DNA from: Alphaproteobacteria bacterium
GTDB lineage: Bacteria > Pseudomonadota > Alphaproteobacteria > Micavibrionales > SZUA-601
NCBI GenBank assembly: GCA_965246875.1
Contig: CBDFFU010000003.1
Location: 135,385 to 199,384 of the forward strand
Direction: 5' to 3'
DNA length: 64,000 nucleotides
The notes under the pieces are model-generated. The model made no database searches, was not told where the DNA came from, and saw only the letters and a program-made list of their open reading frames with translations. Positions 57,612 to 64,000 of the stretch are shown piece by piece; position 1 is the stretch's first letter, and every line of letters begins with the position of its first letter. The position numbers and the translations under genes are program-made.

Positions 57612-60269
57612 TTAACACAAGCCGATTGCACGGTCGCTGGCCGAGCAAGCAGGCTCACCGCCACCTGTAACAGGGGCTTCCAGGACAGCTGGATTTGGGG
57701 TAACAGTTTTGGATCCAGGTACGATCATTAACTCACGGCCACCGCCCGTACACGGTCCGAGACCTCCTGTAAGTGTATCACGACACGTTCCGGTTTCATA
57801 AGGACTGATAACTTGCCCACCATTGCCAGGTGTGGTTATACCGCCGCCAGTCGACCCGCCGACCGGAATGGTCATGCCGCCCAAATCCGGTGCCGTAATA
57901 ACCTTGCCTCTTAAAACTTCCTGGAACGTTCCAGCGGTTGCGCCACTGCCATTCAGTATTTCAAATATACCTGCCAAACCTTTTTTATTCTTCAAGCCAT
58001 CGAGTACACCGTTTGAACCTCCTACAGATAACGGATCTTCGGCAGGTGGAATGGCCGCAGGACAGAGTGGCAAGGCTGAACATAGACCAATTGGATCAGC
58101 ACCTTCAACGGTTGGAATCTTCGTGATCGGTGTTGGGTACTTGGTGGCACTCGTTAGGGTTGAGCAATTTCCATTCGGCAGAACATCGAACAGGAACGGT
58201 TTGACTTCCGCACCATCTGGACAACCATTGAGGCTATTTGTTGCCCAGTTGCCAATTTTATCAAGCACAGTGCCCGTACTGGACTGCATTTGTGGACATG
58301 CGATGAAGATTTTAAAGACCTGTTGTGGCGTCCAAGCTTCACCAGATTCTCCATTGATCAGTGAACAGGCTTCCACAGTATTATCAAAGACCTTATCAGG
58401 AACTGGACGCAGGGTCGTAATCATCGGTGCATTCTTCTCGTCTGGATTTATTTTACCCCCTTTGCAACGTGGCGGCACGTTTGATAGCTCAGATTCTTTG
58501 ATATAGACGAACGGACCTGGTGGTTTACCGGATGCGGCTACGATCAAATCTTGCGGACAAATATTGCACCATTCCGTCGTGCAACATGGGCGGCCATCAA
58601 TCATCATATTGGCTTTTACACGCACTGGTAATGAACTGTAAGCTGGATCCAGTGCTTTCAGCTGCTCAGGCGTGGCCGTCAAACATTGTTTCGGCGGAAT
58701 ATATTTCTCACAGATTTTAACACCAATGGCCTGGCAATCATTCAGATTCGGGTTACAGCAGACCGGTGATACGCACACGGGCGCTGCACCTGGTGCTGCC
58801 TGCGTACAGGATTTTTCGCAAATCATGCCTTGGCCTGCCAGGTGCGCCCATTTCGGACAGGCTTCACCCGGTTTCACCGCTGTTGCACATAAGCTGTCCG
58901 TAAACAACAAACCAGAGGCGGCACAATCCGTTTTGTCTGGATCACAACAGAATTGCTTGTCGACCTGCTGGGCGCACATTTGTCCAAACGACTCGCTCAC
59001 ATAGTTGCCACTGGCATCCTTGGCACTGTTGGCACAGGCTGTACTTTCCAGATCGGGATCAAAGCCGTAACAACTGGCTAGATAAGTATAAGCGCTTTTA
59101 GCTGCCCAAGTGCCGACGGCCGGAATGGTGTGTTCTTTTTTGTCTTTGCCGGTGTATTTAAAGTCAGCGCCAGCTTTCAGGAAAATTTCGTTCGTGTTGC
59201 TCTCTGAATTAAAGACGATATACGGCACTGCGATGATGCCGTCTTCGGTGCCGCCCAGCTCCAACACTTTTTCACCTAAAACCGGCAGGTTTGGTGTTAC
59301 CAGCATGGATTTTGGCGGATATTCTTTCATGACCTGAACCAATGCCGGATCCAGATTGGCGCATTGTGCCGTCATCGTGGATGTATCTTTTAAGGCCTGA
59401 AGCTGCGCAGCCGCATTCTTCCAGTTATCTGCCTTCATCAAGCCGGATGCACCATTGTCACCCAGCAATTGATCTTCACTGCCGCCAAAGCCGGTGGGTG
59501 AATTTGGACCAACCGCAGAATAACTGAAACCATGCGTCGACAGCACATCCACCATAGGGCCACTGGCACTGACCGTTACACCATTGCCATTCACGTTCAG
59601 ACCGACATTGCCGAACAAACATTGATTGAACGCCGGAAAGCCCGGGAATTGGCCTTTTGGCAAATCGAATCGGATTTTGATACATTGATTGAGCTGATTG
59701 TTGGCGAATGTCGTAAACGCTTCGCAAAATGATGGCACCTTGAACTTATCCAGGGCCTGAATTACGCCCTGAAACTGTTGCTGTAAAAAAGACTGGAACA
59801 TGCATTTTGCTGCTCCGCCCACACTGATGTTGCCCGGATCGGCACAAAACGCTTCCCAGATATTCTTGGTAAAATCAAAGGTCGGTGTCAGCTTGTTACC
59901 GGCACCGCCTTTGCCGTCCGTACAGGTCAGTTTGAACAATTCAACCGGCTTGTTGAGAAAATCCATCGTCAGGCCGCGCTGCTTGTAAATCGACTCTTGT
60001 GCCGTCCGTTTCAGGCTTTGGCTGATTTTGTTTTGGCGTTCTTGGGCAACCCGTATCGATTCGGTCATGATTTTATCAAGGTCTGCTGCAGTGATAATTT
60101 TAGGGTCGGTCGATAACCCGCCATTATTGTTTGGCTTCTCATTTGGATCGTAATCAGCACAATAGTTATTAGCCGCAGAGGGAATACATTCGGCCCGCGC
60201 CGTCGTTAGTGCCATGCTTGAAAACAAACATATCCAAACAGATAATACGGCAATAACGAGTTTCTTCAT
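57612..60269 (-). CDS. large secreted cysteine-rich protein of unknown function
   Basis: 885 aa with signal peptide MKKLVIAVLSVWICLFSSMALTTARA. It has roughly 40 Cys by manual count, including CC pairs (FCCDPDKTDC, VCCNPNLNDC, PCCTTEWCNIC). The C-terminus is Gly-rich and ends in Cys. Confidence 0.75.
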   Translation of the reverse strand: MKKLVIAVLSVWICLFSSMALTTARAECIPSAANNYCADYDPNEKPNNNGGLSTDPKIITAADLDKIMTESIRVAQERQNKISQSLKRTAQESIYKQRGLTMDFLNKPVELFKLTCTDGKGGAGNKLTPTFDFTKNIWEAFCADPGNISVGGAAKCMFQSFLQQQFQGVIQALDKFKVPSFCEAFTTFANNQLNQCIKIRFDLPKGQFPGFPAFNQCLFGNVGLNVNGNGVTVSASGPMVDVLSTHGFSYSAVGPNSPTGFGGSEDQLLGDNGASGLMKADNWKNAAAQLQALKDTSTMTAQCANLDPALVQVMKEYPPKSMLVTPNLPVLGEKVLELGGTEDGIIAVPYIVFNSESNTNEIFLKAGADFKYTGKDKKEHTIPAVGTWAAKSAYTYLASCYGFDPDLESTACANSAKDASGNYVSESFGQMCAQQVDKQFCCDPDKTDCAASGLLFTDSLCATAVKPGEACPKWAHLAGQGMICEKSCTQAAPGAAPVCVSPVCCNPNLNDCQAIGVKICEKYIPPKQCLTATPEQLKALDPAYSSLPVRVKANMMIDGRPCCTTEWCNICPQDLIVAASGKPPGPFVYIKESELSNVPPRCKGGKINPDEKNAPMITTLRPVPDKVFDNTVEACSLINGESGEAWTPQQVFKIFIACPQMQSSTGTVLDKIGNWATNSLNGCPDGAEVKPFLFDVLPNGNCSTLTSATKYPTPITKIPTVEGADPIGLCSALPLCPAAIPPAEDPLSVGGSNGVLDGLKNKKGLAGIFEILNGSGATAGTFQEVLRGKVITAPDLGGMTIPVGGSTGGGITTPGNGGQVISPYETGTCRDTLTGGLGPCTGGGRELMIVPGSKTVTPNPAVLEAPVTGGGEPACSASDRAIGLC

Positions 60270-60360
60270 ACGGGGGCAGCTGTCCCAGACCTTAATTGAT
60301 GATTCATATTATCAAAAATTTTATACAAAGTCATGTGAAAAATAACAATAGACTGGTTTA

Positions 60361-61176
60361 TCATCCAGCTAGCTCCATGCGCATCACGATATTCGCCGAC
60401 GGCAATTCCCACAACGCCAGGTCAAAAATAGCACCGCGCGCCTGATTCGCCGGGTCTTCACGGAACTCGTTCAGCACGACGGCAAACCGCTCGGCGGCAT
60501 CTTTTGGCTCGTTTGGCTGCCAAGGGCGCTGCATCAGCAAGACGCATTCATCCTCGTCGGTGCGTCCCAACAGATCGCTGAGGCGGCGCATTTGCCCGAT
60601 CGCCACCATAAAGTCACGGCGTAATTCGTTCAAACGCTCAACGCCCCATTTTTCTTCCAGGGCCGCCGCATTGGCCAGCGTAATTTTCAATAGAAACGCC
60701 TGTTCGCCATAGCGATAGGTACGGTCCAAGGCAGACAGCATCAATTGCGCCATGCCGCGGCGGCCAAACATCTGATCATCCAAGGGTGGACATTCTGGGC
60801 CATACTGGATTTTATGCGCGAAATGCACCAAACGCCCGGCATTTTCGGCAATGGCGGCAATGTTGTTGACATCAATCGGCTTCGGCAAGATCGCATTCAG
60901 ACCGGCGCGTAAGATTTCCTGGCTATCCGCTTCATAGCCCATCAACACCAGATACTGATAACGGTCACGCTGCTCCCAGCGCAGCTGCATGGTAAACGGT
61001 CGCGCCGATGGCAACGGTGCTGGATCGATAAAGACGCAATCAAAATTTTCTTGGGTCAGTAAGTCGCTAGCAGCTTTGCGCACGGCCTCAATGACCACCT
61101 GATGTCCGTCTTGCTGCAGTTTGCCTTGCAGGAGTTGTGCCGCTGTGCGGTCACGATCAATAATCAGGATTTTCAT
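60361..61176 (-). CDS. response regulator: receiver plus a degenerate GGDEF-like domain
   Basis: Receiver residues (ILIIDRD, VFID, LPKP). In the C-terminal domain the site expected to read GG[DE]EF reads GRTDEDECVLLM. Confidence 0.72.
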   Translation of the reverse strand: MKILIIDRDRTAAQLLQGKLQQDGHQVVIEAVRKAASDLLTQENFDCVFIDPAPLPSARPFTMQLRWEQRDRYQYLVLMGYEADSQEILRAGLNAILPKPIDVNNIAAIAENAGRLVHFAHKIQYGPECPPLDDQMFGRRGMAQLMLSALDRTYRYGEQAFLLKITLANAAALEEKWGVERLNELRRDFMVAIGQMRRLSDLLGRTDEDECVLLMQRPWQPNEPKDAAERFAVVLNEFREDPANQARGAIFDLALWELPSANIVMRMELAG

Positions 61177-61272
61177 GTCAAAACCGTACCAGACGCTGGA
61201 TGCTAGTCTTCCAGCCTAGGGCCAAAACCTTAACCAGTTTTTACCAAAACCAAATAAAGCGAACTTGTTAAA

Positions 61273-62217
61273 TTAAACCAATAATGAGCGCAGCCCTTTA
61301 AAGGCTGGCAATGGGTCGGTAATCAGCCAGACCGGAATGGCGGTCAGATACGATTCTACAGCGTTGCGAGCGGTAAAACGGGATGTAAAGTCCGACGCTT
61401 GCAGGGTTTCGACTATTTGCGGCAAGATCCCACCTGCCAGGTATACGCCCCCGCGCGCGCCAAAGGTCAAAGCAGCGTCACCTGCCACCGTGCCTAAAAA
61501 GTCACAAAATTGTTGCAATACAGCTATTGCTAGCGGGTTTTCCTGTTGTGCTGCGATAGCAATGGCTTCGGGAGTGGTCAGCAATACATCATTTTCAACT
61601 GCCATCGCAGCGTATAAATTGACCAGTCCCCGTCCCGATAACACCTGTTCTGCTGGCACATAGGGGAAACGTTGCTGCAGACGTGTCAGAATGGCCGCTT
61701 CTGTGGAATTGACCGTCGGCAAGGCGACATGACCGCCTTCGCCCGGTAAAACTTGCCACCCGCCATTGGATAACGGCACTAACCCGGCAACGCCAAGACC
61801 CGTACCAGGACCGGTGACGACCAATGGTGCCGAACGATCCGTTTGACCCGGTTTGATCAGGATTTTATCCGCAGTGTCCAGATGCGGCAGCGCCAACGCC
61901 AAGGCCGCAAAATCATTGATGACCGAAAAATCATCCCAGCCAAATGTGCGCTGGATATCGGCACACGAAAAACGCCAGCCGCGATTGGTAATCAGCACCT
62001 GGTCGCCTGTGACAGGTCCGGCCACGGCCCACGCTGCGCGTGTGATCGTATAACGATCCGACACACCATCTAAATAACGACGGCACAGCGCCACACAATC
62101 CGTCAGCGTTTGATCGGCGATAATGTTTGTTTCGACAATCCTCTGATCCGCCAGCACCAAGGCAAAGCGCGCATAAGTGCCGCCAATATCGGCAATCAAA
62201 TGAGCCGGCTGCGTCAT
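61273..62217 (-). CDS. glk: glucokinase
   Basis: LIADIGGTYARFAL...GPGTGLG...EGGH. Confidence 0.92.
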   Translation of the reverse strand: MTQPAHLIADIGGTYARFALVLADQRIVETNIIADQTLTDCVALCRRYLDGVSDRYTITRAAWAVAGPVTGDQVLITNRGWRFSCADIQRTFGWDDFSVINDFAALALALPHLDTADKILIKPGQTDRSAPLVVTGPGTGLGVAGLVPLSNGGWQVLPGEGGHVALPTVNSTEAAILTRLQQRFPYVPAEQVLSGRGLVNLYAAMAVENDVLLTTPEAIAIAAQQENPLAIAVLQQFCDFLGTVAGDAALTFGARGGVYLAGGILPQIVETLQASDFTSRFTARNAVESYLTAIPVWLITDPLPAFKGLRSLLV

Positions 62218-62839
62218 ATTGAATTTGGAAACATATTCATGTGAACCACGTCATCATAATACAGCTGGCCGCTACGCGGTTGCGCATCCTTTAATTTTTT
62301 ACCTACGGCAATCATCAGTGTCACGATATGATCAGCCGGCATATTGATGACATGCGCCACGCGCGCCGGATCGTAGCCCACCATGGGGCACGTGTCATAG
62401 CCCATGGCAACGGCGCTCAACATCAAGCTTTGTGCCGCGATGCCACACGACCGGATCGCTTCATCACGCTGCAACTGATCGCGGCCGCGATAAAACTGAT
62501 CGATCATCGGCAAAATTTCGTTTTGCACTTTTCGGGCGCGTTACGCCAATAACGCTGCGGCTGTTTTTCCCACGCTTTGACATCGGCGCAAATGACGACA
62601 ATCAACGACGCCTCTGACACTTGCGGTTGATCCCACGCGGCCGCGCGCAGTTGTTTTTTGACATCCAGTTCGGTCACAGCGACAAAGCGCCAATTTTGGA
62701 TATTGAACGATGTCGGCGAATACAATGTCGCCGCTAATAATTGTGTGATATCCGCCGCGGGCATCACATGCGCTGTGTCAAAATGTTTGACCGACCGTCT
62801 TTGGCGCAACGCCTCTAATACATTCATCGAAAACTCCAC
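62214..62839 (-). pseudogene. nitroreductase family gene split by a single frameshift
   Basis: ORF 62504..62839 holds the N-terminal half (LRQRRSVKHFD...NIQNWRFVAV). ORF 62214..62528 holds the C-terminal half (SLMLSAVAMGYDTCPMVGYD). The two ORFs overlap in different frames. Confidence 0.72.
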
Positions 62840-63037
62840 ATTTCAGTTTTTTGACTTATCATAATAATTCACGCAAACCCACGAAAACATTGAGTTTTTC
62901 GTTTTTTTCTTGACCTGACACGGGAATTTTGGCACCATCCTACACGTCATTCCCCATGACGTTTTGGATCGGCATCTCCGTCGGTCTCAGGTTATAAGTG
63001 CTCTCTCAAAAAGCAAGTAGCAAGAAAGGTTTCACGT

Positions 63038-63700
63038 ATGCCGGAATTATTATTAAATGGCCCTGATGGCCGTTTGGAAGCCCGTTACAATCCGGTGAAA
63101 GATAATCCGCACGCGCCTATCGCTTTGATTTTGCACCCGCACCCGCTGCACGGCGGTACGATGTACAACAAAGTCGTGCACATGATGAACCAGTCGTTCA
63201 CCGCCAATGGCTTTGCCACCCTACGCTTCAACTTTCGTGGCGTCGGCAAATCGCAGGGCCGTTATAATGACGGCGTGGGCGAGACCACAGACGCGATTGC
63301 TGCGTTGGAATGGTTCCAGTCGATGCACAAATCACCATCCCAAATGTGGGTCGCTGGTTTCTCCTTCGGGGCTTGGATCGGCATGCAAGTGCTGATGCGC
63401 CGTCCGGAATTGAGTGGCTTTGTGGCCATCTCTCCACCAGCCAATATGTATGATTTTTCATTCCTGGCCCCTTGCCCATGCGGCGGGCTGGTCATGCAAG
63501 GCGATACCGATAAAATCGTCCACGAGCCAGCGGTTAATTCCCTAGTCAAACGTCTGCGCGAACAACGCGGCCGTACCGCCATCGACTACCGTGTCATCGA
63601 AGGTGCCAACCATTTCTATCAGGGCCATGAAGACACGTTCCAGGGCCAACTGACGGATTACCTGTCACTGACCCAGAATTACCGTCTGGCGGCTGAGTAA
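63038..63700 (+). CDS. alpha/beta hydrolase
   Basis: ILHPHPLHGGTMYNKVV...FNFRGVGKSQG...VAGFSFGAW (nucleophile elbow GxSxG). Confidence 0.85.
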   Translation: MPELLLNGPDGRLEARYNPVKDNPHAPIALILHPHPLHGGTMYNKVVHMMNQSFTANGFATLRFNFRGVGKSQGRYNDGVGETTDAIAALEWFQSMHKSPSQMWVAGFSFGAWIGMQVLMRRPELSGFVAISPPANMYDFSFLAPCPCGGLVMQGDTDKIVHEPAVNSLVKRLREQRGRTAIDYRVIEGANHFYQGHEDTFQGQLTDYLSLTQNYRLAAE

Positions 63701-63786
63701 GTTTTAAAGCATCAAATCTTTCAGGTTGCAGAGAGTGATCTCTGTAGCCTGTTTTTTATTTTATTATCCGCACGAAAGAACATACC

Positions 63787-64000
63787 GTGTCCATTACAGA
63801 AAAACTTTTTGAACAACCTGCGATCCCAGAAACATATTCAACGACAGGCCTTCATAAAAAAACTGAAAATTTTGTGGCTGGCACTTATTATGGTGCCGGT
63901 AAAAATGATCCCGTTTACGATTATAAATTTTATGCGGCTGAAAATCGGCCATTTCAAATCGCCATATTAGAAAAAGATGATGGCACAAGTTGTGAAACAA
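63787..64000 (+). CDS. partial CDS (5' end), unknown product, runs off the window
   Basis: From GTG at 63787 the frame is open to the window end with no stop (VSITEKLFEQPAIPETYSTTGLHKK...). It is not in the supplied track, and its composition is more protein-like than the antisense ORF 63794..64000. Confidence 0.35.
   Translation, partial: MSITEKLFEQPAIPETYSTTGLHKKTENFVAGTYYGAGKNDPVYDYKFYAAENRPFQIAILEKDDGTSCET

Noticed and set aside
57612-60269. F-type TraN (mating-pair stabilisation) identity for the large Cys-rich protein.
   Set aside because: There are no neighbouring tra/trb/T4SS genes in the window. I could not find the C-terminal TraN-type Cys motifs as I remember them. The idea is kept only as something a search could test.
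62881-62968. Two hairpins with T-runs (acgaaaa-N8-ttttcgt-tttttt, and acgtcat-tcccc-atgacg-tttt) in the spacer upstream of the alpha/beta hydrolase. These could be a small RNA or an attenuator.
   Set aside because: The stems are short and partly AT-only. There is no upstream plus-strand gene to terminate, no convincing promoter/terminator pair of sensible length, and no riboswitch-like conserved core that I recognise.
63794-64000. Minus-strand 68-codon ORF at the window edge (FHNLCHHLFLIWRF...HFYRHHNK), which I briefly considered as a fatty-acid hydroxylase/sterol desaturase C-terminus because of its His clusters.
   Set aside because: The His spacing and following residues do not fit the family motif well, and the composition (His/Phe/Gln/Cys-rich) looks antisense. 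The opposite strand carries a stop-free, more protein-like frame from GTG 63787. Both calls remain low confidence.
1-64000. CRISPR arrays, rRNA genes, IS elements, transposases and integrases.
   Set aside because: No non-coding stretch exceeds about 350 bp, and no regularly spaced direct repeats were seen. No ORF shows DDE-transposase, tyrosine-recombinase or serine-recombinase hallmarks. I therefore made no mobile_element or CRISPR calls.

Overview
This is a densely coding chromosomal segment that looks alphaproteobacterial. The evidence is a clear CtrA orthologue, DUF3576-leuS-lptE-holA synteny, and a split pntAA/pntAB/pntB transhydrogenase. Most genes are housekeeping: gyrA, leuS, holA, lptE, lipB, mutM, rnhA, smpB, rplK-rplA, rpmJ, glk, pnt, mlaA/mlaC, slt, rlmA. 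There are two tRNAs, Leu-GAG and Pro-UGG. Short, visibly AT-richer islets of ORFans interrupt this backbone. At least three genes are clearly decayed: a class A beta-lactamase, a secreted-protein gene and a nitroreductase. I saw no rRNA, CRISPR array, transposase or integrase. The items most worth a second look are listed here. (1) An uncharacterised ATP-grasp amidoligase / 7TM-inactive-transglutaminase / retropepsin-like protease cassette is extended by a methyltransferase and a NUDIX gene, and a separate RimK-RimB-like pair lies elsewhere in the window. (2) An 885-aa secreted protein has roughly 40 cysteines and no domain I can recognise. (3) An orphan phage-structural-like gene pair sits next to tRNA-Leu and the dead beta-lactamase. 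(4) A 21-bp duplication of the tRNA-Pro 3' end looks like an integration scar. (5) The pnt operon is interrupted by a Tat-signal metallophosphoesterase and a 69-codon membrane ORF. (6) The ctrA upstream region has a perfect TTAA-N7-TTAA box, a GANTC site and a 22-bp perfect palindrome, and ctrA is followed by a receiver protein and an Hpt-like helical protein. (7) An AT-rich ORFan has protein-kinase-like catalytic motifs. All functional calls come from reading the translated ORFs for motifs. No database search was possible.
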